The notes beneath the pieces are model-generated. The model did not search any database. It was not told where the DNA came from and saw nothing but the letters and a program-made list of their open reading frames with translations. Made by a program: the position numbers and the translations under genes. Positions 11,147 to 23,547 of a DNA stretch of 64,000 bases are shown in pieces; position 1 is the stretch's first letter; each line of letters starts with the position of its first letter. Source of the stretch: Perkinsela sp. CCAP 1560/9 (lineage: Eukaryota; Protista; Euglenozoa: Kinetoplastea). Location: the NCBI GenBank assembly GCA_965644495.1, contig CBFFSA010000006.1, positions 62,001-126,000 of the forward strand, in the 5' to 3' direction.

Positions 11147-11989
11147 ATGACATCCCTTGCTGATTTTTCTACGCCCACCCCCATCACCTCCCCCTACACC
11201 CTCCCCCATCTCCTGGGCGATCTCCTCAGCGCCGTGGTCACCGGTGCGGTCATCTCCCTCCCCGTCACCGTGCTCGATACCACCGTGGTCGAGGGCGTCA
11301 GCCGCCACTGCCACTCCCCCGTCGCCCAGCGTCTGCGCTCCAAGCTCTCCTTCCTGCGACGTCACCCCACACGGTTCTGGAGGCTCCGGGGGTATAAGGA
11401 GATGGTAGCGGTCTATGCCGGGACCTACATGGCGGCCAATCTCACCCAGTCCTACTGGGACACACGCGGTGCGTCCCCTGGGGGGTATAAAGCCCTCACG
11501 ACATGTGCGGTGAATGCCCCGATCTCGATGTGGCGGGACTACCGCTACGCTCCCATGTTTGGTGTCCCCCATGCCAGCGGGTTTCCCATGACCTCGCTGG
11601 TCATGTTCGGGACGCGGGACTTGCTGACCATGTATTGTAGTTTTACCTTGCCAGCGTTGATGCAAAGGAGAGGGGAGGGGAGGGATGCGCAACCACCTGC
11701 TGCGGGTGCTGGTGGTGGGATTATGGATTTCAGGTATGTGTTTACGACGTTGGGATGTCCGATGACAATTCAACTGTTCACCACGGTGATGCATATCCAT
11801 GCATTTGATGTGTACAACCGTCCGGAGGCGGTGGGATGGGCGTCGAGGGTAGAGGTGGTGAGAAATAAGTATGTGCCCTCGGTTTCGCAGCGTATGGCTC
11901 GCGTTCTGGCCGCCTACGGTTGTGGTAACCTCCTGAATGTTTATCTCCGCGATTCGCTACATTCTTCGTGTTCCACAGGTCGTCTTTGA
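11147..11989 (+). CDS. Divergent mitochondrial carrier-like membrane protein
   Basis: Hydrophobic helices; PVTVLD, RDLLT and PMTIQLFTTVMHI motifs. ORF is open from 11051. Confidence 0.6.
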   Translation: MTSLADFSTPTPITSPYTLPHLLGDLLSAVVTGAVISLPVTVLDTTVVEGVSRHCHSPVAQRLRSKLSFLRRHPTRFWRLRGYKEMVAVYAGTYMAANLTQSYWDTRGASPGGYKALTTCAVNAPISMWRDYRYAPMFGVPHASGFPMTSLVMFGTRDLLTMYCSFTLPALMQRRGEGRDAQPPAAGAGGGIMDFRYVFTTLGCPMTIQLFTTVMHIHAFDVYNRPEAVGWASRVEVVRNKYVPSVSQRMARVLAAYGCGNLLNVYLRDSLHSSCSTGRL

Positions 11990-12409
11990 AAAGAGTCGTG
12001 ATAACGTTTGAAATATGTTTACAAGGATGCATGCACGTGAGCGAGTATGAAGCTATTGAGGTTTTGGTCGTATCGAGAACGCTTGACGTCGGAATATACA
12101 TGTGTATACGTGTAATACACATGTACACATCTCCCCCCCCGTGGTACCCCCTGTGTCCAAAACACATGGTTTTGGACTTCCTTCCTAGGTTCTTATTTTA
12201 AATACGGCAGTTTGATAAATAATTTATCAAAAATCTTGGTTTGGGCTGTTTTTCGGGTCACCATATGAGCACTAGGGGTTCCCTGTGAAAAAAGGTACCA
12301 AAGCGCTTCACTAGGGGGACGAAATCTCTCGTTTGCAACGAAAATGAGCAAAAACGGACATAAAAACTCTAAATTCCGCGGGAGCAATTTCAATTGAAAC
12401 CACTGTATA

Positions 12410-13970
12410 CAGGGGGGGTCACGAAAAAGGTGGGGGGTCTAAAATTTGTACCGTGCGTGCTTTTGACCTAATTCCTTCGGCATTCAACAGATCTCGAAAT
12501 TTTAAGACTACTGGCACCATTGTTGCCGCCCCTGAAGCTGATATGACGTCATGATAAAATTTTACTGAATTTTTTACCTGAAAATTCTGCAAAAAATCGG
12601 ATTTTTATCATTTTTTATCATTTTAGCCCATTAATCTATGAATAAAATACCACTTAACTCTTTCTAACACATCTTTTATGCCGAAAACACTTCGCCGCCA
12701 GAGGCGCACCCTCTCGACGCAACAAATCACTTATGAAACACGTGTAATTTGCGTCCATGAGGTACAAAACCAGGGACGTTCGATTACAGACACTGCTGCT
12801 CTTATGAAATGCAGTGAAGCAACTCTCTCTCGATGGGTTAAACGCCACCGGGAGACAGGAGGGTTAGAACGTATAAAATACATACGTAAGAATGCGATTG
12901 ATAATGAAGAGTTTCGAATAATGTTAGAATCTATTGTAGATGAAGAAAATCAACGTAGTCCCATTGGCTGTCCATCTTGGAGGTGGGTTCACCGCCAGAT
13001 CGATCAAACCAAGTACCCATGCTCTCTTTAGTCTGTGAAAAGATCACTGAAAAGGAGCGGGTACATAAGCAGAAAAATGAGGAAAGTTCCTCATCTCACG
13101 CCTCAGCACAAATTCGACCGCCTGGAGTTGGCAAATCGTTTGGAGAGGTTCACCCCTTTTCAATACGCCCGTATTCTGTGGACGGATGAAAAGATTTTTA
13201 AATGCGGGTACCACTCACGCAATATTTGGTACATTTGCAAAAGGTCAGATGAACCCCTTGAGGTACCAAAAGATGTTGAGAAATATTTCGGAGGAAAGGG
13301 GGTTCATATTTGGATTGCGGTGAGCCTTGAATGGGGGGTTCCCAAGGTTCACTGTTTTCATGAGTTTGCGGAGAATGAGACGGTCACTAATGAAACGTTT
13401 CTCTCTGCCATGACAAAACGAAATGATTTCTACAACTGGTTAAAGCGTAAACCAGCGGCAACAGTGATCATGGATAACGCTCCGGGCCATAATCACGCTC
13501 GCCGCGTCGGCAGAGACATGGGTATCAGCATTCCTGATTGGCCTGCCAAGTCGCCGGATTTAAATTTAATCGAAAATTTGTGGAGCATGATGGATCACCA
13601 CATAAAATTTACTCTCCGCCCCACAAACCGTAAGGAACTACAAGCTGCAATTCCAAAAGCGCTTGATTATCTATTATCTGATATGAAAGCATCGTATAAT
13701 AATACTTTGACGAGCTTCCCGTCCCGAATCAGACTTCTTTGAGAAAAAAAACGGGGGATCAATAATGAAATAATGAGAAAATCCAAATATGCAAAAAACA
13801 AAAAAACCTGTTTTTTGCCGACTCATCATTATCACTCAACCTTATATGCCTAAGTAGTTATAACTCACGTAGTCTTAAAATTTCGAGATCTGTTGAATGC
13901 CGAAGGAATTAGGTCAAAAGCTCGCACGGTACAAATTTTAGACCCCCCACTCTTTTCGTGACCCCCCCTG
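12410..13970 (+). mobile_element. Tc1/IS630-like DNA transposon (DD32E family) with about 100-bp TIRs and TA target duplication
   Basis: CAGGGGGGGTCACGAAAA... at 12410 is inverted at ...13970; TA at 12408-9 and 13971-2. Confidence 0.95.
12678..13742 (+). pseudogene. Tc1-like transposase with an in-frame premature stop
   Basis: HTH N-terminus, WTDEK, MDNAPGH, WPAKSPDLNLIENLW; TAG at 13029-31 separates two same-frame ORFs. Confidence 0.9.
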
Positions 13971-14270
13971 TATAGTGTATACCATACATACATGTATAAT
14001 ATAACGTGTATACTACACACTTTCATTGCGCGAATCGAAAAATCGAAAAACGAGTGTGTAATAAATTTAGACCTCGGAATGTTATAAACTTGGACGATTC
14101 GGGGTGGAATGTGTAATGCTTTAACGATCGAAAGCCGAAAAAAAGATTTTTTATTAATCATCCATGTACCCGCTTGTTTTTCTTCCTTCATTCACCACTA
14201 GTAGGGTGGCATTTAAATAAACCTGTATTCATTTCCCTCGACAGTACATCTTATTAGTTGAAAAAACATA

Positions 14271-15131
14271 ATGCAGCGCAGTGTTGCCAGGCTACGAAAA
14301 GAATATTTGTTCCAAAAGCAAAAAGAGCATACTTCTGAATCAGTGCACGCCTCTAAAGAGAAACTGCGGCACGCTTTGAAAACGAATACGCCCATTCCGG
14401 GAGATTTGAAAAGAACCGGACGAAGCTTAAAGAATGCTATTGAACTGGAGGATGAAGCGACGAAAGCGTCACATACCACAGAAGAAGACGAGTACGATTT
14501 GGCTGGGGTGGAAGACCCTCGCGTTCTCCTGACTACTACGCACGACCCATCACAAAAACTTTTACAATTTTCGAAGGAACTGAAGCTGTTGTTTCCCAAC
14601 AGCACAAGAATTAACCGTGGCAATTTGTCAATGTCAGAAATGATGGAAGTCGCTCGAGGTGAGACTTTTACAGACGTCATTATTATTGGTGAGACTCAGG
14701 GTGTTCCCGACTCGTTGATGTTGAGTCACCTACCTATTGGCCCTACATTATACCTAACTCTTTTCAACGTTATTATGCGTCACGATATTGAAGAAAGGGT
14801 TCCTGTCTCTGAACAGTATCCGCATCTCATATTTGAAAATTTCACGACGAAATTGGGGCAGCGAATACAAAAAATATTGCAATATTTATTTCCTGTTCCG
14901 AAAGAAACGAGTACCCGGGTTATGACTTTTGCAAATGAAAATGATTTCATTAGTTTTCGACACCACACGTTTTCAAAACAGGGTAAAGAAATACTTTTGA
15001 CCGAGATTGGCCCACGCCTAGAAATGCGACCTTATCAGATTAAGCAAGGTACTTTTGAAATGAAAGAAGCAGAGAAAGAGTGGTCCTTGGCAGTTTATAC
15101 CAACACGTCCAAAAAACGTCGCCTGCTGTAG
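14271..15131 (+). CDS. IMP4: U3 snoRNP protein Imp4 (Brix domain)
   Basis: RLRKEYL, EDEY..AGVEDPRVLLTT, EQYPHLIF, SFRHH, EIGPRLEMRPYQI. Confidence 0.96.
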   Translation: MQRSVARLRKEYLFQKQKEHTSESVHASKEKLRHALKTNTPIPGDLKRTGRSLKNAIELEDEATKASHTTEEDEYDLAGVEDPRVLLTTTHDPSQKLLQFSKELKLLFPNSTRINRGNLSMSEMMEVARGETFTDVIIIGETQGVPDSLMLSHLPIGPTLYLTLFNVIMRHDIEERVPVSEQYPHLIFENFTTKLGQRIQKILQYLFPVPKETSTRVMTFANENDFISFRHHTFSKQGKEILLTEIGPRLEMRPYQIKQGTFEMKEAEKEWSLAVYTNTSKKRRLL

Positions 15132-15534
15132 AGAAGTTGTTGCTTGAATACTTCATGTAGAACGAATAAAACTTAGGTAGTCTAAGAGTGGATTCTCTTT
15201 TATGTGGTTTTCGTTTACTATACCCCCCTACATAATTGTCACCCCCCACCCCCTACTTATTTTTCATTTCTGGGAAAAGAAAGTGAATTCCCCCCCCCCT
15301 CCTACATAATTGTCAATCAGAAAAAGCGGCGCCGATTTTTTTTATCCCATTTGTGTCGAAAAAAAATGTTATTGTCAGATTATACACTATTTAGATTAAA
15401 ATTACTCTTTAACTGTAAAACCTCATTGCACGCAATTTAGATTTAAAAACTACTTCGTTACGTCTACTTCCGTTTTTAATATTTTTAGATTATTCCGCCT
15501 CATGATTCTCCGAGGCAGAAGAAGATTACGAGCA

Positions 15535-15705
15535 GCCTCTCTCTCCCCTCCACATCTCAGTAACCTTCAACCCCACTCTCTTTCTCACTCTCCTCCACAC
15601 GACAGTAACCTTTAACATCGCTCTCTCTCCCTTCTGCACGACAGTAACCTTCAACCCCGCTCTCTCTCTCTCTCTTCCACACGACAGTAACCTTCAATCC
15701 CACTC
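15535..15705. repeat. Degenerate tandem repeat, about 4 copies of about 44 bp (CACGACAGTAACCTTCAACCCC plus CT-run)
   Basis: CAGTAACCTT core recurs four times. Confidence 0.8.
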
Positions 15706-16029
15706 AACGATAGCATGTCTTGCCAATTGCGTATGCGCTCTTCAACGTTGGTAGCAAGATGCTGGGTGCACCCATTTACTCGACGAAGAGAGATGTTTGC
15801 CCACTTCCAAAAATTTAACCAAAAGTACTGCTGTCCAGCGTCAGTCAGACTTCGAAAATGAGAAGATGTCTCATTAAAGAAGCTGGCCATACCTTTCGTT
15901 ACACAAACGAGTGCGTCTCTTAATAACTGAGCTGTTTCTGCCCCCTCCTTATAAAATTTATAAAATTTATTTCATGAATTTTCAAAGGTGGGTGAACCTG
16001 GTGCTGACGACCGTAACCTTGACGAACAA

Positions 16030-17166
16030 TTTTGCTGGAAAGATTTCTTTTTCGCGTATTTTTTCCGAATTGTGGCCCAACCGACCAGAGTGTTACATGC
16101 GGGACCCCCTCCGGTACCTGGTCGCCCCGACCACGAAGCCCGGAGCTTCGGTGCGTTTGTGGCGCAACCCTCAGAAATGAGTTTTGCGTGCACGCACTTG
16201 GGTGCAAAAAGGTGAAGGGGAAAACCCAGGCCTACCGACACAAGGAGGTCAAGGAGGCCTTCAGAAACCTCCTAATTCGTTACGGATTTTAAGCTTATGT
16301 AGACGTAAGCTTATGTACCTTGTTGGTACATTTTCCTTTAGTTCATCTTTTCTTTTCCCGGCAACGGGCACAGTCTTACTGTTTGTATGCCCGTTGCCGG
16401 CCGGCGCTAAGACCGAAGCTGTCCCTCTTTCTCGGCGAAGCAGGGGAAGCGCTTCCACCCCATCACCCCTCCCCGGCTCACTCTTTGAGTGAGTTTACTT
16501 CCCTCCCCGGCTTTCTTACCTTCGCGCCTTTCCTTCCTGGGGAGCCATGCGCCATGGTGGCCTCCCTTGAGGACCACTGGGCGTGGCTCTTCCTCGTTTT
16601 ATCTCGAGGCAGCGGTCGGTTGCCGTGCCCCCCCCCCGGGCTGCGTAAAGAGGTGGTGCGTTGCCTGGACCACCTCTACCGACTGGGACCGAGTCGGTTG
16701 CAGTAAAGAGAGGGCTGCCGTAAGAGAGGGCCCGTAGAGGGCTGCGTCAAGAGAGGGCGAATTGCCTGGACCACCTCTACCAACAGTCCGTGCTAAACCC
16801 CCTTGGTGCGACATCTGTTGTGGGCAGATCGTGTGCCGACGACAAGGAGGCCGGCACCATCCCACACCCTCAGGCTAGCCGAGGTCAACAAGCGCCGGTA
16901 ACATGAAGAGATGGCCGTAGTCAGGGGGATGGATTTCTATCCCTTGGCCTTCACCACCTATGGGGTCCCCGGCCCGGACACCCTTAATTTTCTCAACAAA
17001 GTGGCCAGGTCCCACACATCCGACAAAAACGGATGCCTTTCTCACATCCTGAGTGCAATAGGGGTGGCCATACAGAAAGGCAACGCCCAGATCGTTCAGG
17101 CGGCCGTACAGGACTAGTACCGCCGCGGGGTACAGGGATAGGGGGTTTACAGGGAACACAAAAAAA
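16030..17166 (+). mobile_element. Decayed 3' part of a CRE/SLACS-like non-LTR retrotransposon (zinc knuckle and RLE C-terminus)
   Basis: CVCGATL...HALGC...RH knuckle; FYPLAFTTYG...IGVAIQKGNAQ end motif; A-run at about 17160. Confidence 0.7.
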
Positions 17167-17488
17167 TGTACTAATAATATTAGTAGAATTCGAGGCGCCG
17201 TTTTCTCCCCCTTCATTGTTTCATTTTATATCTGTTTTTCACGTATTTTTCATTGATCTTTCCTCTCCCCTAATTAGTGTTTAAGTTTGACCAATTCTAC
17301 TAAACACTAAACAGCGGGGGGCGGTAGTATAAATATGTAAGTTCATGGTTTTTGCACCTGTCCTCTTTTTGGGTTAGTATAATTTCATTTGCAATGCACT
17401 TTTTCTTTCCTGGTGTTTCGCGCTCCGCCTCATTTGCCAAGGAAATACAATAGGGGCTCTTTAAGGGCGTGTTAATAGATTACTATAA

Positions 17489-20400
17489 ATGGCACACTTT
17501 CTGAGCAGTGTCACGCACGCGATTCTAAATCATCGTCGCGAAGGCAATACAAGAAGCACAGCATCAGGAATTCAGCAATGTGGCACTTTTTCGGATTTCA
17601 TTCGCTGCGCCGCACGAGTAGAAGATTTCACCGTCAGTGATCCGCCACATACCTCGATTTGGACTGGTGATCAGAGCGGAGCGTTGACCGTTCGTGCCCC
17701 TCACGACGGAGCATCGATCTTTTCGTTCGAACGAAATTCAAAGGCGTTTGTTTTCGCAATGCTTTACTACGCTCCACATTTGTGGTTGGGCTTGAGCGAT
17801 GGTCATGTGATAGTATTAAATGTGCAAATGCTACAAATTGTATTAGAGTGCAAACCACACACCTCCGCCGTCACGAGTTTTACGGCTGCACAGAATTTTG
17901 TTTACTCTTCCAGTTGCGACTTTGGAATTCTACAGTGGAACGCCGCTTCCCTGAGAATCCTAGCATTTGGTAGAATGTGTGCCCATCATTACCCTGTGCA
18001 ATGTCTAGTTTCGAGCCGCAACTGGATTTACTCAGCGGATTCAGATGGTTTAATTCATGTATGGGACGTTCATTGGCCCAAAAGCCCACAGAGTCCCATT
18101 TTCAGCCTCTGTGGACACCGGGCAGAAGTGACAGTGCTTACTCTCGTGGATGACACACTCTACAGTGGTGACCGTTCAGGCGTTTTATTGATGTGGGATA
18201 TACAGATGAGACGTCCTGCAAAGAGGTTTCGTGGAGAGAATTCTGTTTGCCTTAGTTTGTACTATGACCAACTATCAAGACACCTTTGGTGCGGGTACGG
18301 AAATGGCAAGATACATATTTATGACGTGGACACGCATCGGCCGTTGGGATATCTAAGCGAGCATACGGGAAGTGCAGTGTGTCTCATACAGCATGTGAGC
18401 TATGAACGAATTTTGTACGTAGTACAAATTTGTGATGCTGGTCGCGTAGTTATCTCCTATCTTGCAAAGCTTAACGCAAAGGGTATTAATAGTGGCAGAC
18501 AAGGCGTCTATATCGGCGAGCAGTACATACTGAGCAGGAAAATATCAGCCTGCAATGAACTTCGCAAGGTGTCATGGTGTCGAATAAACGCCTTACGAAA
18601 AGAGTTCACAAAGTTAAGAGCGCTGGCATTGTTAAGGGTGTCCAATCTAAAAGATCATCGAATAATAAGAAATGCACTCCTGAAATGGAGAAAAAAAAGT
18701 GCTGACCACTTTACTTGCGGCGTACATCTCGTAAAACAAATGAGAATAGGTCTGTTGCGGAACATCTTTTCACATTTTTCTTGCTGGCACTCGTATCCCT
18801 ATGAAGAAAGAACCAGACGACTAACAATGCACAGTCTTCCGAAGGCCTTGACCTTCGAATTTCACCGGTGTCGCCACAATACTGTGACCCGCTTTGAACA
18901 AACAATTTTACGGCGGCTACATCAGCAGTGTATGTGTGATTTACAAAAAAAATTCTTTAATCAAATTATGCTCGCGAAGCGTGCTGTCTATTGGCGCACG
19001 TGGGCGTTGTTCTTGAAAAGCAGCACAGAAAAAGAAATATTAATAGCGTGTTCTGAACAGGTTCGCACTACTGTTTCGTCACGAGTTTTAATACACGCTT
19101 GGACCAAATGGGATCATCTGATAAATCAAAAAAAAACTTGTAAAGGATATACTCCCAATCCTTCTTTGCCATACCGTCAGTACCTTCTTAGAAACGCTTT
19201 TGCTCGATGGAAGGACGTGCTTGGCTCTTGTCGAACAAGTGAACGAAGCAGGAGACTCGCTTTGTGGCTGTGCCATAAAAATTCTGTGATACAACAACGA
19301 TTTCATTGGACGCGCCTAAAGCACCATTCTCATGTCTCTCGAATAGGACGTCTGAAAAGCTACAGCGCAGATTCAGAATTGTTGAACAAGGAAGCTTCGC
19401 CGAAACCGGTTCCCACGTTTGAGCTTGAATCAGAGACGAGTGATGCGTCCTCCGAAGTACGAAGAATGCAGTTTCAATGTGTTCAAATAGAAAATTTGCG
19501 CGATCATTATAAGAACGAATTGCAGCAAATACATGAAAGAACGATCACACATTATTCGGAGCCACACTGCGAGCAGGAAACGGAAGAATTTTACATCTTA
19601 ATCCACACACTGAAGGCCAAGTGTATGAATTGCATGGAGTGCCTGGAAATGATTGGAATGTCGCATGCTCACGCCAGTAAAAATGCTGCTATGCTTTTCC
19701 TTCGTGGTTCTTCTAATTTGGAACGGTTGCTCATAAGAAGCGTGCAATCCGAAGCGTTATATTCTAAAACCGATCCTTGTGCATGGAATGCTTCCAGTGG
19801 TGCACTATTTAAAATTAAAAATTCTCAAAAGCTGTGGAAGCGTTTTCTGTTAGCGATTGTGCAGATAATTCTTTCGTGCGATAGCGCAGTAGGGGACAAT
19901 TTTTCTGCTGCCTCTTCAGAGATGTATAAGCAAATTCAAAACCGCAAACAGATTCTAGTACGAAATTATATACTAATCCTGGGTCTTGCGGCGCATTGTT
20001 TCACTGCATGTAGCAACAAAAAGAATAGTGCGGGAAGAACATGTCCAAGACATAAACTACATCCATTTGATCAACTTTACCCAAGAGAAAGTGATTCTCG
20101 TTCTTCCGTGGAGTACGTTTCTAAAGATTCTCACTTCTCACGGCTTGACTCGGTTTCTCCTTCCTATTCCGAAGCGTCTCTTCTCAGCGCGACTCTGTCC
20201 AGTCTGGATATTGCTTCCGTTAATATTGATCTAGGCCTGAAGCTCGCTGAGGTTCCTCACCCTACAGGTATTGTGGTTGAGAGTGTACAACCCGACGGAG
20301 CCGCATCGGACGCCGGATTACATTCAGATGATGTTCTCGTGTACTTTGGCGGCTCATCCTTGCGACACAAGAAAACTTTGCAAGCCTTTTTTTCGGCTCT

Positions 20401-20566
20401 TGGAAGACACGCCGTTCCTGGGGAGTTTGTTAGCATTGTCTACCTGAGGGACGGATCACCTCACTCTACGGATCTGTTAATACCTGAGGATGCGCGTGAT
20501 ATGTTCGATTTGGATAGGGTTGAAAAAGATAAAATAGAACTTGAAATAGAACACACGGATGCATAA
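17489..20566 (+). CDS. WD40-repeat protein with a helical middle and a C-terminal PDZ domain
   Basis: WD repeats (YSADSDGLIHVWD, GH...YSGDRSGVLLMWD); LGLKL...GIVVESVQPDGAASDAGLHSDDVL is PDZ-like. Confidence 0.85.
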   Translation: MAHFLSSVTHAILNHRREGNTRSTASGIQQCGTFSDFIRCAARVEDFTVSDPPHTSIWTGDQSGALTVRAPHDGASIFSFERNSKAFVFAMLYYAPHLWLGLSDGHVIVLNVQMLQIVLECKPHTSAVTSFTAAQNFVYSSSCDFGILQWNAASLRILAFGRMCAHHYPVQCLVSSRNWIYSADSDGLIHVWDVHWPKSPQSPIFSLCGHRAEVTVLTLVDDTLYSGDRSGVLLMWDIQMRRPAKRFRGENSVCLSLYYDQLSRHLWCGYGNGKIHIYDVDTHRPLGYLSEHTGSAVCLIQHVSYERILYVVQICDAGRVVISYLAKLNAKGINSGRQGVYIGEQYILSRKISACNELRKVSWCRINALRKEFTKLRALALLRVSNLKDHRIIRNALLKWRKKSADHFTCGVHLVKQMRIGLLRNIFSHFSCWHSYPYEERTRRLTMHSLPKALTFEFHRCRHNTVTRFEQTILRRLHQQCMCDLQKKFFNQIMLAKRAVYWRTWALFLKSSTEKEILIACSEQVRTTVSSRVLIHAWTKWDHLINQKKTCKGYTPNPSLPYRQYLLRNAFARWKDVLGSCRTSERSRRLALWLCHKNSVIQQRFHWTRLKHHSHVSRIGRLKSYSADSELLNKEASPKPVPTFELESETSDASSEVRRMQFQCVQIENLRDHYKNELQQIHERTITHYSEPHCEQETEEFYILIHTLKAKCMNCMECLEMIGMSHAHASKNAAMLFLRGSSNLERLLIRSVQSEALYSKTDPCAWNASSGALFKIKNSQKLWKRFLLAIVQIILSCDSAVGDNFSAASSEMYKQIQNRKQILVRNYILILGLAAHCFTACSNKKNSAGRTCPRHKLHPFDQLYPRESDSRSSVEYVSKDSHFSRLDSVSPSYSEASLLSATLSSLDIASVNIDLGLKLAEVPHPTGIVVESVQPDGAASDAGLHSDDVLVYFGGSSLRHKKTLQAFFSALGRHAVPGEFVSIVYLRDGSPHSTDLLIPEDARDMFDLDRVEKDKIELEIEHTDA

Positions 20567-21179
20567 AGAAGACTAATTCTTTGTGATGGCTTCGATATTA
20601 ATGTCTCGTAAAAAGCATTATGTTTTTCACTCTGCATGTAAAAAAGTATTTATAAAAAGGTATTTCAAAGGGTTCGGATTGCGGCTGACGGGTTGGGGAT
20701 ATGCTATATCCTATTGTGGAGTTCTGGCTTTATACAGAGCGAATCCGGTCAGATTGAACGAAGTTTGCACACTTTGCAAAACAAATTCTAAAAGTGATTA
20801 AATATCAACGAATTCCAAAGAAAATCAAAATGATGCAGACAATACGATTTCCGCACAAAACAATGCCACATCCAACAAAACTCGTACCAGCGGGCTTAAC
20901 CTCACTAAACGGAAGACGTGTGACACAGTTCATTTCAAGACACCCACAACAAAACCCACCATCAAAGTGATTGACCATGATTTCACCCGTACCTGAGAAC
21001 GTAAAAAGGTCAAAGATACTAGCAAAGATTCAAAACTATATATTTTGCAAGCAACAGAAACAAAAAATAATAATAAGAAAGATCGTTTTTATTGTTTTTG
21101 AAAAAAAGTGCTAACTTCGTTCAATTCCACCGCGAATCCCACGAGTCGCCGTGGAAAACGTTCTTGAAAAAGATTACAA

Positions 21180-21276
21180 AATCATGGCTTTGGGAGTAGC
21201 CATACAGAAGGGGAACGCTCAGATAGCGCACGCCGCAAAATTGGTACAAAATTGGTACCGTAGCGGCGTGCGCTAG
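21180..21276 (+). mobile_element. Short 3' fragment of the same CRE-like family
   Basis: Encodes IMALGVAIQKGNAQIAHAA; DNA similar to about 17055-17130 and 23655-23745. Confidence 0.7.
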
Positions 21277-21819
21277 CTGGGCTTTGCGGATTTTGTAACT
21301 CTTTTCCTATGCTATTGATAGCTCTACGGTGGATTACAAAAACATATTTTTTTTCGGTTGAGCTCTTCCACAGATCTTCACGAATCCGCTGTTAATTTCC
21401 AAAAAATCTATCTCATAGCAGACTGGAGAACCGTTCCAAAAACGCATGATCGACCCTATACGAGAGCGTTTTTACACTCGCCTCGAGTATTCTGGAAAAA
21501 GCACTCGCGGTCTTCACGATTTAAGTTTTTATTTTAACGATTCTAAGTTTTTCGCAGTCGACTGCAGGTTTCTACCAAGTTCAATGCCGTTGGCAGTGAT
21601 AAAGTGAGCTTGGATGATAACAGAGGGTTCAAAAAATGACAAAAAAAACATTTTACTCCGGGAAACCGAAATAACGACCATGCTTAATAAAAAACATTAA
21701 TTTTTGTCCCACGAATATTAACGACATTAAATTTTGGATTCATTGCATAAGTTTCACAGTAGACAGTTTCTAACACCGGTATAGTTTCTAAAAGGTTAAC
21801 ATCAGGCTAACGTTCATAA

Positions 21820-22977
21820 ATGATATCCAGAAAGCAAATAATTGTAGACACATCCCACGCCGATAAGACGACTCGAGACGTGAATGACAATCATTCGACA
21901 ACGGAAGACGTTGCCCTATTATCTCTTTATGCTCGTACGGAGGGGAGATACCATATACTGCTTGATCCGAGTCACGTTTTGTCAGGTTTTAAAAGAAGCC
22001 AGCCTGAAAGTGGTGCTTTGCATCTAGAGTTTTTCAGGGTAAAAAACTCTACTAAGGCAATAAATATGCGTAAGAATGATCGACTGTATGGAATCCTAAA
22101 CTTTCACCCTCCATGTCAGTCCACGGAAGTAGAAATAGTCGAAGTGAGGGAAACATCAGACTACTTTATTAAGTCCCCGCATTCCTCGTGGGGGTGCGAG
22201 ATGGAATGCGACTCAAATAACAAAAACTCACAAACTTCCTGTACTTTGCTAAAAAAGGGAAAGTATTATAATATTACCCCCTTCGATGTTACCTGGATGA
22301 TGCTTTCATACCTTGAAACAGCAACGTGTTCTGTGGAAAGACGAGATTGCACCGAATCATCATTCTCTTTTACACAGACGTTTCGCGAATTTCAAGAGCT
22401 CAAATATGAGATATTACACAATTTTGATGACTTGAATTGTCATTTTGGAAGCAAAACGGGTAAATCAATTAATATTTTCCGGTCCATAATAGATACAGAG
22501 CTTGGTAATACGGGATGTTACGGGTTGCTTAACCTTTTGTGCGATACGAAGAAATCACCTTTAGACCCACTAGAGACTGGATACGCTTTGAGCAAGGAAA
22601 AAACGCTGAAATGGATCTCATCCAAAGTTGAAAGGATTGTATTATTGACTGAATTTGCAGACTCTTTAAGATTTTCCTCGCGTGATACTTACGCGGCGTC
22701 CTGTGTATCGATTCTATGTGAGGAATACCTTACTGATGCGCCACTGTGTACTTCATGGATTAGAGAAAAATATAAAGTTGCGAACACCAACAATGCAAAT
22801 ACTAGTGTGAGCCCCGGTCAGATCATGATCAACAGTCATTTTGAGCGACCAGCATCAAAACCTACAACATACCAAAATTTAGGTGAAAAGAAATGGACGA
22901 AGTCACAACGAGGTTTGAATCAACCCACCCATCTCCATGGCATAAAGAGCATAACTTCTTTTTTTAGGAAAAAGTGA
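21820..22977 (+). CDS. RNASEH2B: Ribonuclease H2 subunit B
   Basis: ITPFDVTWMML, LSKEKTLKWISSKVERI and C-terminal PIP-box-like GIKSITSFFRKK. Confidence 0.8.
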   Translation: MISRKQIIVDTSHADKTTRDVNDNHSTTEDVALLSLYARTEGRYHILLDPSHVLSGFKRSQPESGALHLEFFRVKNSTKAINMRKNDRLYGILNFHPPCQSTEVEIVEVRETSDYFIKSPHSSWGCEMECDSNNKNSQTSCTLLKKGKYYNITPFDVTWMMLSYLETATCSVERRDCTESSFSFTQTFREFQELKYEILHNFDDLNCHFGSKTGKSINIFRSIIDTELGNTGCYGLLNLLCDTKKSPLDPLETGYALSKEKTLKWISSKVERIVLLTEFADSLRFSSRDTYAASCVSILCEEYLTDAPLCTSWIREKYKVANTNNANTSVSPGQIMINSHFERPASKPTTYQNLGEKKWTKSQRGLNQPTHLHGIKSITSFFRKK

Positions 22978-23213
22978 CCACAATGATTGGTTTACATATG
23001 CACCCCTTGATATGAATAAGGCGCGGATATCTTTCGCACCGATGACCCATGTAATTTAAGGTAAAACTTTCCCGTTCACGATTTTCAGTTCTGTATTATC
23101 CCGACGTTTTCAAACCTCTTTTTCTCGAAAACTACGAAGAACCATACTTACACCCCCGTTCCCCCTGTTTTTCCAGGTATTACATCTGTACATGTATGTG
23201 AGGGGCTGCGGGT

Positions 23214-23366
23214 ATGATCTCGCGTGATCTCACGTGATCTCGTTTTGAGATCGTCCAACCACCCTCCCGAACCAAATCCGCTCTCGAGAGATCTCGCGTG
23301 ATCTCACGTGATCTCGCATGATTTCGCGTGATCTCGCATGATCTCGCGTGATCTCAAGTGATCTCG
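23214..23366. repeat. 10-bp tandem repeat, GATCTC(G/A)C(G/A)T, in two clusters
   Basis: Directly visible; units are near-palindromic (GTGATCTCAC). Confidence 0.85.
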
Positions 23367-23547
23367 TCTTGGGCTTCACTCGCAACCCCTCGTGTGATTC
23401 AAAAATGTTGTCGTTCAGACATGAAACGTGATTTTTCGACTTATTCGGGAAGTGCCCCACTGCGAAAAAATATGTGGGCAATGTAAACATATATTGTACC
23501 CAAAAGTTTATTGATTTCTATTTTCTAGTGTCTAGATTTTAGGTGCT

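Noticed and set aside
8306-11800. Long minus-strand ORFs 8306-8986 and 11123-11800
   Set aside because: They are antisense shadows of GC-rich or low-complexity plus-strand genes.
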